NCBI GenBank assembly: GCA_035285125.1
Contig: JAYKHR010000161.1
Coordinates: 1-46,464 of the forward strand
DNA from: Candidatus Sericytochromatia bacterium
GTDB taxonomy: Bacteria > Cyanobacteriota > Sericytochromatia > S15B-MN24 > JAQBPE01
Direction: 5' to 3'
DNA length: 46,464 nt
In this document: in pieces, positions 8,981 through 18,249 of the stretch
Layout of the letters: the number at the start of each line of letters is the position of its first letter
Position numbering within the stretch: position 1 is the first letter of the stretch
Made by a program: the position numbers and the translations under genes
Notes under the pieces: model-generated
What the model was told of the DNA's origin: nothing
Databases searched by the model: none
The model's input: the letters and a program-made list of their open reading frames with translations, nothing else

Positions 8981-9649
8981 ATGGCACAGTCGCTCTCTGT
9001 CCAGGGGATCACAGTGATGGCCCAGGTGGGCCCGTTTCGGCCCGCGCAGATCATGACCTCGGACGGGCTGGTGGAGACGCGCTGGTACCAGGCGGCCGGC
9101 GCCACCTCGGCCGTGGTCTTCTTCGGGGACACGGTCGGCGGCTTCGACTCGCCGTGCAACGACCTCTTCGATCGCCTGGCGGAGCGCCTGCAGGCTGCAG
9201 GTGCCGCCGCCTTGCGCGTACAGTACCGCCGCCCCACGGACCCCGTGGCGATCGGCCTCGACGGGCTCGTCTCGGTCGACATGCTCCGGCGCCTGGAGAC
9301 GGCGCGGATCGTGACGGTGGGTTGGGGCCTGGGGGCCATGGCCGCGCTGCAGGCCGCCGCCCAGTTCCCGACGGTTGCAGCCGTGGCGTTGCTCGCCCCC
9401 TATGGCGTTGCGCCGCGGGCAGCCAGCGGGCTGGGCCGCCCTCTGCTGCTCGTGCACGGCACGGCGGATGCGCTCGCGCCGACGGAGGGCTCCCGGGGGC
9501 TGCTGCAGCAGGCGGACGAGCCGAAGCGCCTCGCCTACATGCCCGAGGCCGGGCACGACCTGAGCGAGGCGGACGCGGAGGTGACGTCGCTGCTGGGGGC
9601 CTGGCTCGAGCGGCAGCTGGGCGTGGGAGAGCCCGCCGACACCCCCTAG
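8981..9649 (+). CDS. Alpha/beta-hydrolase-fold protein (dienelactone hydrolase-like), nucleophile position degenerate
   Basis: LLLVHGTAD and AGHDL retained; elbow reads GWGLG instead of GxSxG/GxCxG. Confidence 0.75.
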   Translation: MAQSLSVQGITVMAQVGPFRPAQIMTSDGLVETRWYQAAGATSAVVFFGDTVGGFDSPCNDLFDRLAERLQAAGAAALRVQYRRPTDPVAIGLDGLVSVDMLRRLETARIVTVGWGLGAMAALQAAAQFPTVAAVALLAPYGVAPRAASGLGRPLLLVHGTADALAPTEGSRGLLQQADEPKRLAYMPEAGHDLSEADAEVTSLLGAWLERQLGVGEPADTP

Positions 9650-11454
9650 GTGACGAGCCAGGCTCGCAGCAGCCGCGTTACGCCGGCCCACTCTCCGGCC
9701 CGGCCGGCCAGGGCGTCTCGTGCCAGCTTGCGCAGCAGGCGGTCGCGCAGCGCCGCGCCCTCAGGCGTCAGCAGGAACGCCCCTGCCTGACGGGCGAAGG
9801 TCGCCAGGTCCAGGCTCGCATCCTCGCGCAGCAGCGTCAGCAACTCGGCCAGCCGCTCCCAGTCGATGGGGCGGTCCGCGAGCAGTGCCTGGGCCAGCCG
9901 CTCTCGGACGTCCGCCGCCTCGGGCGACAGCACCCAGGTGAAGCCCACGCTGGCGACCTCCCCCAGGCGGAAGCTGGGGTCCCGCCGCGCGAGGCGGATG
10001 AGCTCCACCAGGCGGCCCCAGTCCACGCTGTTCGCCTTGAACAGCTCACCGAGGAACTTGTCGCGCAGCGCCCGGGCGCCCTCGGAGAGCAGCAGCTTGG
10101 CCGCGAAGGGAATCGAGACGTCCATCGCATGGAAGCGCGGATCCAGCTGCAGCCCGATGCCCTCCAGCGAGATGAGCGTGCGGATGATCATCGAGAAGGC
10201 CACGGGGACGCGCAGGCGGAAGCGGTAGAAGATGTCGGCGAGTGGCTCCGTCATCTCTCGGAAGGTGGGGCGCGTCGCCGCCTGGGAGTAGGTCGCGTCA
10301 AGGATCCAGCGGATGGTGGGCTTCAGTGGGGCAGGGTCCTTGCCGGGCTCGATGAAGCCCAGCACCGCCATGTCGTTCACCAGGGCGTCGACGTCCTGGT
10401 CGACGAGGTGAAGGAAGGTGTCGACCAGCTGGAGCTGCATCGTCCGCGGGATCTCCCCCATCAGCCCGAAGTCCAGGAAGATCAGGTGGCTGTTGGCGTC
10501 CACCATCACGTTGCCGGGGTGCAGATCCGCGTGATAGAAGCCGTCCTCCAGCAGCTGCTTGAGGTTGACGTGCACCGCGTGTCGCACGAGCGCTGGCGGG
10601 TCGATGCCGGCCCGGCGCAGGGCGGGCAGATCCGTGACCTTGATGCCGTGCATGAAGGTCATGGTCAGCACCCGACGCGACGAGTGCGTGCGATACATGG
10701 CCGGCACGGCGACGCCTGGGAATCGCGCGAAGTTCTCCCGGAAGCGGTCCGCGTGGTCCGCCTCGCGGCGGTAGTCGATCTCCTCGTGGAGCTTCCGGTC
10801 GAACTCGTCGAGGATGTCGACGAGGGCCAGCCCACCGGCGAGGTCCGTCCAGCGCTCGACCCACCGCGCAATCAGCCGCAGCGCCGCGAGGTCGATGGCG
10901 AAGCGCGACAGCAGCTCCGGACGCTGGACCTTGACGGCGACCTCCTCGCCCGTGGGCAGCCACGTGCGGTAGACCTGCCCCAGGCTGGCCGCCGCGATCG
11001 GCGCGGCGGGGAAGTCTCGGAAGAGCGCCTCCACCGGGCGTCCGAGCTCTTCCTCGATGAAGCGGCGCGCCAGGGCCGTCTCGAAGGGCGGCACCCGGTC
11101 CTGCAGGTGGGCCATCTCCTCGACCCACGTGAGCGGCAGCAGGTCGACGCGGGTCGACAGGGCCTGGCCGACCTTGATGAAGGTGGGCCCGAGCGCCACC
11201 AGCTCGTCGCGCACCCAGCCCGCCAGGCGGCGCTGGCTGGCCTGGACCTCCGCCTCCGTGCGGTGCTCCCCTGGGCGCCGCCCGCGCCTCACGGCCAGCC
11301 AGATCCTGAGCCCGAGCCAGAGCAGCCGGACCACCTGCCCCGCCACCTTCCAGCCCCGCCACGGGTCGGGGCCGGCCCGGAGCAGCGGCTCCGCGGGCCG
11401 GGCAGGGGGCTTCGAGACAGCCGGCAGCGCCCGGCGAGCGGGGCCGGTGGTCAC
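9646..11454 (-). CDS. ABC1/UbiB (AarF) family atypical kinase
   Basis: LGPTFIKVGQALSTRVD, LQDRVPPF, AAASLGQVY, VAVKVQRP, HADLHPGN, DFGLMG. Confidence 0.93.
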   Translation of the reverse strand: MTTGPARRALPAVSKPPARPAEPLLRAGPDPWRGWKVAGQVVRLLWLGLRIWLAVRRGRRPGEHRTEAEVQASQRRLAGWVRDELVALGPTFIKVGQALSTRVDLLPLTWVEEMAHLQDRVPPFETALARRFIEEELGRPVEALFRDFPAAPIAAASLGQVYRTWLPTGEEVAVKVQRPELLSRFAIDLAALRLIARWVERWTDLAGGLALVDILDEFDRKLHEEIDYRREADHADRFRENFARFPGVAVPAMYRTHSSRRVLTMTFMHGIKVTDLPALRRAGIDPPALVRHAVHVNLKQLLEDGFYHADLHPGNVMVDANSHLIFLDFGLMGEIPRTMQLQLVDTFLHLVDQDVDALVNDMAVLGFIEPGKDPAPLKPTIRWILDATYSQAATRPTFREMTEPLADIFYRFRLRVPVAFSMIIRTLISLEGIGLQLDPRFHAMDVSIPFAAKLLLSEGARALRDKFLGELFKANSVDWGRLVELIRLARRDPSFRLGEVASVGFTWVLSPEAADVRERLAQALLADRPIDWERLAELLTLLREDASLDLATFARQAGAFLLTPEGAALRDRLLRKLARDALAGRAGEWAGVTRLLRAWLVT

Positions 11455-11464
11455 GGCCTCGGCG

Positions 11465-12043
11465 TCAGCGCTGGAGCACGCCGCAGGCGACGCGGGGGCC
11501 CCCGCCGACGCCTGACTTGGCTGGCCCCGCGATCCCCTGGTCCGGGTTCTTGTGGATGATCAGGGCGCTGCCGTCCGCGTCGAACACCGTGAGCGGCCCG
11601 TCCGAGAGCGTCACGCGCGTCGTCCAGGCGTCCAGCCGGCCGTGACCGCGCTCGTCGACCACCAGGTTCGGCAGGTCGCCGAGGTGGTAAGGGTGGTTCA
11701 CGTCCGGATCCGGGTTGCCGGCCGGGCCCGGATCGAAGTGGCCGCCTGCCGACGTGAAGGGCGCCAGGCACTCCCCGACGGCGTGGATGTGCACGCCGTG
11801 GCGCCCGGGCACGAGCTTGGCCGGGTCACCCTGCACCTCGATCACCACCCGCACGGCCCGGCCCTCGTCGTTCTCCATCTCGATCAGGGTCGCACTGCCG
11901 ACGATGCCGTCCCCCGCGATGGCCGCCTGGGCCCGCGCCAACTCCCGCCCCCCGGGCTGGTGGTGGCTGTCCTGCAGAACCACGGCGCATCCGGCGACGG
12001 CGAGGGGGAGGAAAAACGGAAGCGCGGTGCGGGTGAGGCGCAT
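11465..12043 (-). CDS. sodC: Cu/Zn superoxide dismutase family lipoprotein
   Basis: Lipobox VAGC; HGVHIH, SAGGHFDP, HLGDLPNL, ALIIH, GPRVACG; AGGAG RBS. Confidence 0.92.
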   Translation of the reverse strand: MRLTRTALPFFLPLAVAGCAVVLQDSHHQPGGRELARAQAAIAGDGIVGSATLIEMENDEGRAVRVVIEVQGDPAKLVPGRHGVHIHAVGECLAPFTSAGGHFDPGPAGNPDPDVNHPYHLGDLPNLVVDERGHGRLDAWTTRVTLSDGPLTVFDADGSALIIHKNPDQGIAGPAKSGVGGGPRVACGVLQR

Positions 12044-12112
12044 GGGGAGGGGCTCCTGCAAGGGGCGCGCGGGCGGGAGGCCAACACTGCCGGAAGAAGG
12101 CTGCGAGCGGCG

Positions 12113-12150
12113 ATTGTAGCACAGCGGGGCGGGGGCGCGGCGGGTACAAT
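12113..12150. promoter_or_regulatory. Back-to-back TACAAT -10 elements for sodC (-) and the GH15-like gene (+)
   Basis: TGC-TACAAT on minus (12113-12118) and TACAAT on plus (12145-12150). Confidence 0.5.
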
Positions 12151-12164
12151 GCCGCCCGGAGGGC

Positions 12165-13604
12165 ATGGGTGCCGTGGCTGACGAGTTGACCTTGACGGTA
12201 CGCCAGGGCGGGAGCCTCGCCTGGCTGGGGGACGGGGCCGCCACGGCCACGGTCGCCGGGGATGGCAGCGTGAGCTGGCACCCGGCCAGCGACGCGGGGG
12301 GCGGCGTGACCTTCGCCCTTGCGCCGGACGGTCCCGCCGTCGCCAAGCGGGCCCACGTGGGAGAGACGGCGGTGCTTCAGACGACGTGGGCCGTCGGGTC
12401 GTCACAGGTGGCCGTGACGGACTTCCTGCCCGTGCGGCTCGGTGCGGCCGGCGACGTGGTGCACCCCCGGCGGTCGCACCAGCGCCTGGTGCGCCTGGTC
12501 GAGGCCACCACGGGGCCCGTTCGGCTGCGCTTCCGGCTGGCGGCCAACCCCGGTGGCCGGCCCGCCGAGCTGGTCGAGGACCCCAACGGCCTGCTGCTGA
12601 TCGGCCGGGGCGCCGCCGTCGTGCTCCAGACCACCGGGGAGGTTGTCCTGCGCGCCGACGGCGAGGTCGAGGGCGTCTTCGAGCTGGCGCGCGGGCAGCG
12701 GCGGGCCTTCCTGCTCACGTGGCACGACGACGAGGACCCGGAGGTGCCCGAGGCTGCTGCGACGGTTCCTGACTGGGAGCTCGACGGCACCTACGACTAC
12801 TGGCTGGCCTGGGCGCGGCGCTGCCCGTTTCAGGGGGCGCAGCGGCAGGCGTTGGTGGCCCTCGCGGCGATGACCAAGGCCGCGGGCCTCGGGTCCCCCG
12901 GTGGCGAGGCCCGGCTGCTCGGGGCGGCCGCGCTCGCGGCGTGGGGCTTCGAGGACGAGCTGCCAGCCTGCCTGACCGCGGGGGATGCGCTCCACGACCT
13001 GGCCGCCTCGGCCTGGCTGCTCGACGCCCTCGCGGAGGGCTATGTGACGGGGCTGCTCCCACCTTTCGGCTGGCTGCCTCACGCCGAGGCCCTTGTGGCG
13101 GTGGCGGACGCCCTGGCCGAGCGCCTGGGGAACCAGGCCTCGGGCGCTGGTCCGAGCTCGGCAGCTTGCCTTGCGGGGCTGTGGGGCGCCACGCGCCTCG
13201 TGGAGGAGGGCTTGCTCGCCGCAGAGGCCGGTCCCTGGCGGGCGGCGATCCGGCGGCAAACGGCTGCCGTGGCCGGACCGGGCGGCGCCTGGGGGGCGGG
13301 CTGGCAAGAGGCCCTCGGGCTCCCACCGGAGCTGGCCCCGGTGCCAGCAGGTGGACTGGAGGTGCCGCTGGACCTGGACGGCACCGTCGAGCCCTTGGCT
13401 CGCCTCTGGCGGGTCCGGCGGGCGCTCACGGGGGGCGCCTGGTTGCAAGCCAGGCGTGGGCTCGACGCCCTGCTACAGGAGCCTCTAGAGGGCCTGCCGC
13501 CCGTCGCCTGGTCGCACGCGCTGTGGCTCGGGGCGCGCATTCACCTTCAGGAGCCCCCGCCCCCCGGCCGAGCAACGCTGGGGGACGACCTCGGCTTCGA
13601 CTGA
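12165..13604 (+). CDS. Degenerate glycoside hydrolase 15/trehalase-like protein
   Basis: N-terminal beta-domain features (DGSVSW, VTDFLP, RLVRLVE..G.V.LRF) and T..YW.AW..RC; catalytic GH15 motifs not visible. Confidence 0.6.
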   Translation: MGAVADELTLTVRQGGSLAWLGDGAATATVAGDGSVSWHPASDAGGGVTFALAPDGPAVAKRAHVGETAVLQTTWAVGSSQVAVTDFLPVRLGAAGDVVHPRRSHQRLVRLVEATTGPVRLRFRLAANPGGRPAELVEDPNGLLLIGRGAAVVLQTTGEVVLRADGEVEGVFELARGQRRAFLLTWHDDEDPEVPEAAATVPDWELDGTYDYWLAWARRCPFQGAQRQALVALAAMTKAAGLGSPGGEARLLGAAALAAWGFEDELPACLTAGDALHDLAASAWLLDALAEGYVTGLLPPFGWLPHAEALVAVADALAERLGNQASGAGPSSAACLAGLWGATRLVEEGLLAAEAGPWRAAIRRQTAAVAGPGGAWGAGWQEALGLPPELAPVPAGGLEVPLDLDGTVEPLARLWRVRRALTGGAWLQARRGLDALLQEPLEGLPPVAWSHALWLGARIHLQEPPPPGRATLGDDLGFD

Positions 13605-13740
13605 TCACCGCGCCGCTGAAGCATTTCCCGGCCAGCGGCCGAAGGCGCTGGCCCCCCTCGGGGTGGGCTGCTACAATCCCCCCGGGTTACCCGCCCACGA
13701 TGGGGTGGGTCGGGGGCCCTTCGTCCGCAGGAGGTCCCCG

Positions 13741-14061
13741 ATGGTCAAGTTCATCGCCCTGTACAAGCAGCCGGCCGACAGGGCCGCCTTCGACGCCCAC
13801 TTCGACGGCGTCCACGCCCCGCTGTGCCACCTGGTCCCCAACCTGATGAAGATGGAAGTCACCCGCTTCACCGGTACGCCGCGCGGGGAGTCCGACCTCT
13901 ATCTGATGGCCGAGATGTACTTCGAAAGCCAGGCGCTCATGATGGAGGGCCTGATGTCCGACGCTGGCAAGGCTACCGCCAAGGACGCGCGGGCCTTCGC
14001 CGGCGACATCTTCAGCGGCTACTTCGGCGCCGTTGCCACCCCCGTTCCCGCGGGGGCCTGA
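13741..14061 (+). CDS. EthD family reductase
   Basis: MVKFIALYKQPADRAAFDAHFDGVHAPL...AEMYF; AGGAGG RBS; TGC-TACAAT at 13669-13677. Confidence 0.88.
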   Translation: MVKFIALYKQPADRAAFDAHFDGVHAPLCHLVPNLMKMEVTRFTGTPRGESDLYLMAEMYFESQALMMEGLMSDAGKATAKDARAFAGDIFSGYFGAVATPVPAGA

Positions 14062-14062
14062 C

Positions 14063-14863
14063 ATGGGGCCTGAGGTCGCGTCCGAGGCCCCCGTCTACAA
14101 CTACCTCAAGGTTCGCACCGAGGGGGCCGTGGGCATCTGCCAGTTGCACCGGCCCCAGGCCCTGAACGCGCTCTCGGTGCCCCTGATGCGCGAGCTGCTC
14201 GCGGCGCTCTGGGCCTTCGAGGCCAACGAGGCGGTCGGGGCCATCGTCATCACGGGCGACGAGCGCGCGTTCGCGGCCGGGGCCGACATCAAAGAGATGA
14301 GCGACCAGGGTGCCATTGACATGCTGCTCGAGTCGGGCTTGGCGTTGTGGGACTCCGTCCGCACCATCACCAAGCCGGTGATCGCGGCTGTCAGCGGGCA
14401 CTGCCTGGGCGGTGGCTGCGAGCTCGCCATGAACTGCGACATGATCGTGGCCTCCGAGACGGCGCGCTTCGGGCAGCCCGAGATCAACATCGGCGTCATT
14501 CCCGGTGCCGGTGGCACGCAGCGGCTGGCGCGTGCGCTCGGCACGCGACGGGCGTTGGAGCTGGTGCTCACGGGGGCCAGCTTCGGCGCCGAGGAGGCCA
14601 GGGCTGCAGGGCTGGTGAACCGGGTCGTGCCGGTGGAGCTGTTTCTCGAGGAGGCCATCGCGCTTGCCGCGGAGATCGCCGCCAAGCCTCCTGTCGCCGT
14701 CCGGCTCGCCAAGCAGCTCATTCACGCGACGCAGGAGACGACGCTGGCGGAGGGCCTGCAGCGCGAGCGCCAGGCGTTCTTCCTGCTGTTCGCCTCGGAA
14801 GACCAGAAAGAAGGCATGGCGGCCTTCGTCGAGAAGCGCCCCGCGCGCTGGAAGGGTCGGTAG
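14063..14863 (+). CDS. paaF: Enoyl-CoA hydratase (PaaF-like)
   Basis: AFAAGADIKEM, GGGCELAMNCD, FGQPEINIGVIPGAGGTQRL; both catalytic Glu present. Confidence 0.85.
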   Translation: MGPEVASEAPVYNYLKVRTEGAVGICQLHRPQALNALSVPLMRELLAALWAFEANEAVGAIVITGDERAFAAGADIKEMSDQGAIDMLLESGLALWDSVRTITKPVIAAVSGHCLGGGCELAMNCDMIVASETARFGQPEINIGVIPGAGGTQRLARALGTRRALELVLTGASFGAEEARAAGLVNRVVPVELFLEEAIALAAEIAAKPPVAVRLAKQLIHATQETTLAEGLQRERQAFFLLFASEDQKEGMAAFVEKRPARWKGR

Positions 14864-14865
14864 CC

Positions 14866-15663
14866 GTGGCAGCCGCCTACACCACCATTCGCTACGAGGT
14901 CGCCGAGGGTGTCGCAACGGTGACGCTCGACCGCCCCGAGGTGTTCAACGCCTTTAACGACACGATGTCGGCAGAGGTGCTCGCGGCGCTCAAAGCCGCA
15001 TCGCGCGACGCGGCGGTGCGGTGCGTCGTGATCACGGGCGCCGGGAAAGCCTTCTGCGCCGGGCAGGACCTTGGCAGCCGGAACGTCGCGGACTTCGACG
15101 CCACGCTGCACCTCGGCGAGTCCGTGCGAGAGCGCTACAACCCCATCATTCGCCTCATTCGCACGATGGAGAAGCCCGTCCTGTGCGCGCTCAATGGGGT
15201 GGCAGCCGGCGCGGGGTGCTCGATCGCGTTGGCTTGCGACATGCGCGTGGCCTCGACGAAGGCCAGCCTGGTGCAGGCCTTCGTGAAGATCGGTGCGGCG
15301 CCGGACTCTGGCGCGTCCTTCTTCCTCCCTCGGCTGGTGGGGCTCGGCCGGGCCGCCGAGCTGCTGTTCTTGGGCGACAAGCTCGAGGCGGCCGAGGCGG
15401 AGCGCTGGGGCCTCGTCAACCGGGTGGCTTCGCCCGAGGACCTGCCCGCCCTGGTGGCGGACCTTGCCGGTCGCCTCGCGGCCGCCCCGACCCGGGCGAT
15501 CGCCCTGGCGAAGCGGGCCCTGAACAAGGCCCTGGACACGGACCTGGAGGCCACGCTGGACCACGAGGCCCACATGCAAGAGCTGGCCGGCCGCACGCGG
15601 GACTACCGCGAGGGCGTCTCCGCCTTTACGGAGAAGCGTCAGCCCGTTTACACTGGACAGTAG
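14866..15663 (+). CDS. paaG: Ring-epoxy-phenylacetyl-CoA isomerase-like crotonase (PaaG-like)
   Basis: AFCAGQDL, YNPIIR, NGVAAGAGCSIALACD, catalytic Asp in PDSG, DYREGV. Confidence 0.85.
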   Translation: MAAAYTTIRYEVAEGVATVTLDRPEVFNAFNDTMSAEVLAALKAASRDAAVRCVVITGAGKAFCAGQDLGSRNVADFDATLHLGESVRERYNPIIRLIRTMEKPVLCALNGVAAGAGCSIALACDMRVASTKASLVQAFVKIGAAPDSGASFFLPRLVGLGRAAELLFLGDKLEAAEAERWGLVNRVASPEDLPALVADLAGRLAAAPTRAIALAKRALNKALDTDLEATLDHEAHMQELAGRTRDYREGVSAFTEKRQPVYTGQ

Positions 15664-15769
15664 AAACCCGGGCGGAGCGGCCATGCCGGGCTTGCATCCG
15701 CCCTTGTCGAGGCCAGGGTGGGAGATAGCGCGAGGGCAACGACGCCCCGCGAGGAAAGGAGCCCGGACC

Positions 15770-16585
15770 ATGCTGCAGACGGAAGAGCTGGAAGCGAAGA
15801 TGCTCGCCAAGATCGAGGCGGGCCAGAAGATCGAGTCGGTCGACGAGATGACCGAGGAATACCGGACGCACCTCATCAACCTGATGATGATGCAGGCGGA
15901 CTCCGAACTCGCCGGGTGCTACGGCTACCTGCCCTGGATTCAGAAGGCCCCGACCATCGAGGAGAAGTTTGCCGTCTCCAACATCGTGCGGGACGAGATG
16001 CGCCACGCCTTGGCGATGTACAACCTGCTCGACCGCCTCGGCGTCGACGTGGAGACCCACATCGCCAAGCATGACTACAACAGCCGGCCCACCGACGCCG
16101 TCAGCAACATCGGCGACCAGCGGCTCGCGGACGACAAGCGCGTGAACATCTTCTATTACCCCATCGACACCTGGTATGACTTCATCATGTTCAACTTCTG
16201 CATGGACCGGGGAGCGGGCCACCAACTCGAGGACGTCCGCCAGTGCAGCTACGGCCCTTGGGCCCGCGAGATCGAGAAGATCTTCAAGGAAGAGATGGTC
16301 CACGTCGCGCACGGCAACTACTGGGTCAAGAAGCTGGCCGAGAACCCCGAAACCAAGCCCGAGCTTCAGGCCACGCTCGACAAGTGGTACATCCGCACGA
16401 TGAACATCTTCGGGCGCCCGGGCTCGCGGCGGAATGCCCTGTATCAGCAGTTCCGCCTGAAGCTGCGCGACAACGACGTGGTTCGCCAGGCGTTCCACGC
16501 CGAGGTTGCCGGACTGTGCGCCCAGTGGGGCCTCACGCTGCCTCGCTGGGAGGCGCCGTGGGAGCAGGCGGGCGCGTCGGCGTGA
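15770..16585 (+). CDS. Di-iron aryl-CoA epoxidase subunit (PaaA/BoxB-like ferritin fold)
   Basis: PaaA-like N-terminus (KIE..DEM.EEYR), ligands DSE, DEMRH, MDR, EEMVH; SYGPWAR; AAAGGAG RBS. Confidence 0.8.
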   Translation: MLQTEELEAKMLAKIEAGQKIESVDEMTEEYRTHLINLMMMQADSELAGCYGYLPWIQKAPTIEEKFAVSNIVRDEMRHALAMYNLLDRLGVDVETHIAKHDYNSRPTDAVSNIGDQRLADDKRVNIFYYPIDTWYDFIMFNFCMDRGAGHQLEDVRQCSYGPWAREIEKIFKEEMVHVAHGNYWVKKLAENPETKPELQATLDKWYIRTMNIFGRPGSRRNALYQQFRLKLRDNDVVRQAFHAEVAGLCAQWGLTLPRWEAPWEQAGASA

Positions 16586-18249
16586 GCCCAGCGGCCCATG
16601 AGCTCGAACCCCTGATGCAGGCGGGTGGCGGTCCTTCCGGGGTCGCCACCCTCGGCGTGCTGGGCGCTGGCACGATGGGGGCAGGCATCGCCCAGATCGC
16701 CCTGGCCGCCGGGCTCTCCGTCCGCCTTTACGATCCGCTGCCGGCCAGCCTGGAGCGGGCCGAGCGGGCGATCGCCGCCGGCCTCGACAAGCTGGCCCAC
16801 AAGGGCAAGCTGTCCGCTGAGGCGCGGCAGGCTGCCGCGGCAGCGCTGACCCTGGTGGGGGAGGTTCCCGCCCTTTGCGGGGTGGACGCGCTCATCGAGG
16901 CCGTCCCCGAAGACCTCGCCCTCAAGCGGCGGGTGTTGGGCGAGGCCCTGGCCACGGTCGGGCCCGAGGCGCTGGTGGCCAGCAACACGAGCTCCCTCTC
17001 GATCACCGCGCTGGCGGCCGGGCTGCCCCACCCCGAGCGCGTGGTCGGGCTTCACTTTTTCAACCCGGTGCCGCTGATGGCCCTGGTGGAGGTGGTCCGG
17101 GGTGACGCCACCTCGCCGGCCGCGCTGGCGCGGGCGGCAGCCCTCGTGGCCGAGATCGGCAAGACGGCCATTGCCTGCGACGACACGCCGGGCTTCATCG
17201 TGAACCGCGTGGCGCGTCCCTACTACGGGGAGGCCCTTCGCCTCGTCGGGGACCACGGGGCCTCGCCCGAGGCCGTCGACCGGGCGCTGACCATGGCCTC
17301 GGGCTTCAAGATGGGCCCGTTCGCGCTGATGGACCTCATCGGCATCGACGTGAACCTGGCCGTTTCGACGACGGTCTGGGAGGCCTTCTACGGCGAGCCG
17401 CGCTTCCGGCCGCACCCGCTGCAGCGCCGGATGGTGGACGGTGGTCGCCTCGGCCGCAAGGCCGGCCGGGGATTCTACGCCTACCCCGAGGGGCCTGGCG
17501 CTCCCCCACCCCTGGCCGCCCCGGCTGCCTCGATGCGGCTCGCGTTCGTGGGCCACGCGCCGGCCCTCGACCGCTGGGCCCGGGCCTGTCATGCCGCCGG
17601 GCACGTGGTGGCCATCTTTGGCGACGCACGCGAGCTGGGACCAGAGGATGCCTGGGACGGGGGCTTCGAGCTGGGCGATGCCCCGGCCGAGGAACGTGCC
17701 GCCCGGCGCGCCCGCCTCGCAGCCGTGCTACCGGGCCACGCGTGGCTGGCCAGCGACGACATGGCCGTCACCTCGACGGAGATCGAGGTGGCAACGGGCC
17801 GGGCGGCGTGGCGGCTCGCGACCTGGCCGGCGGGCATCGACGCCCCGACCGGGCTGGAGGTGGCCTTCCCGCCTCACGCGGAGGCCGGCCTGCAGGCGCA
17901 GGTCCAAGGCCTGGCGGCTTCTCTGGGGCGCTTCGCCGTGGCCGTGCCTGACCTGCCAGGCCTGGTTGGGCCGCGCACGCTGGCCATGCTCGCCAACGAG
18001 GCGGCGTTTGCCGTGGAAGGTGGCGTGGCGGCGCCTGAGGCCATCGACGCGGCTATGCGGCTCGGGACGGGCTACCCCCAGGGGCCGCTGGCCTGGGCCG
18101 ACGAGATTGGCCCAGAGCGGGTGGTGGCCCTGCTCCGCGGGCTGCAAGCGGCGCTGGGAGAGCGCTACCGGCCTGCGCCCTGGCTCGTGCGTCGGGCGGC
18201 CGCCGGTTGGCCGCTGGCTGACGCCCCAGCCTCGGAGTCCTGGCGATGA
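16582..18249 (+). CDS. paaH: 3-hydroxyacyl-CoA dehydrogenase, two-domain PaaH type
   Basis: GAGTMGAGIA, EAVPEDL, ASNTSSLSI, GLHFFNPVPLM, DTPGFIVNRV, duplicated C-terminal domain (GTGYPQGP); GTGA overlap with the previous stop. Confidence 0.88.
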   Translation: MSPAAHELEPLMQAGGGPSGVATLGVLGAGTMGAGIAQIALAAGLSVRLYDPLPASLERAERAIAAGLDKLAHKGKLSAEARQAAAAALTLVGEVPALCGVDALIEAVPEDLALKRRVLGEALATVGPEALVASNTSSLSITALAAGLPHPERVVGLHFFNPVPLMALVEVVRGDATSPAALARAAALVAEIGKTAIACDDTPGFIVNRVARPYYGEALRLVGDHGASPEAVDRALTMASGFKMGPFALMDLIGIDVNLAVSTTVWEAFYGEPRFRPHPLQRRMVDGGRLGRKAGRGFYAYPEGPGAPPPLAAPAASMRLAFVGHAPALDRWARACHAAGHVVAIFGDARELGPEDAWDGGFELGDAPAEERAARRARLAAVLPGHAWLASDDMAVTSTEIEVATGRAAWRLATWPAGIDAPTGLEVAFPPHAEAGLQAQVQGLAASLGRFAVAVPDLPGLVGPRTLAMLANEAAFAVEGGVAAPEAIDAAMRLGTGYPQGPLAWADEIGPERVVALLRGLQAALGERYRPAPWLVRRAAAGWPLADAPASESWR

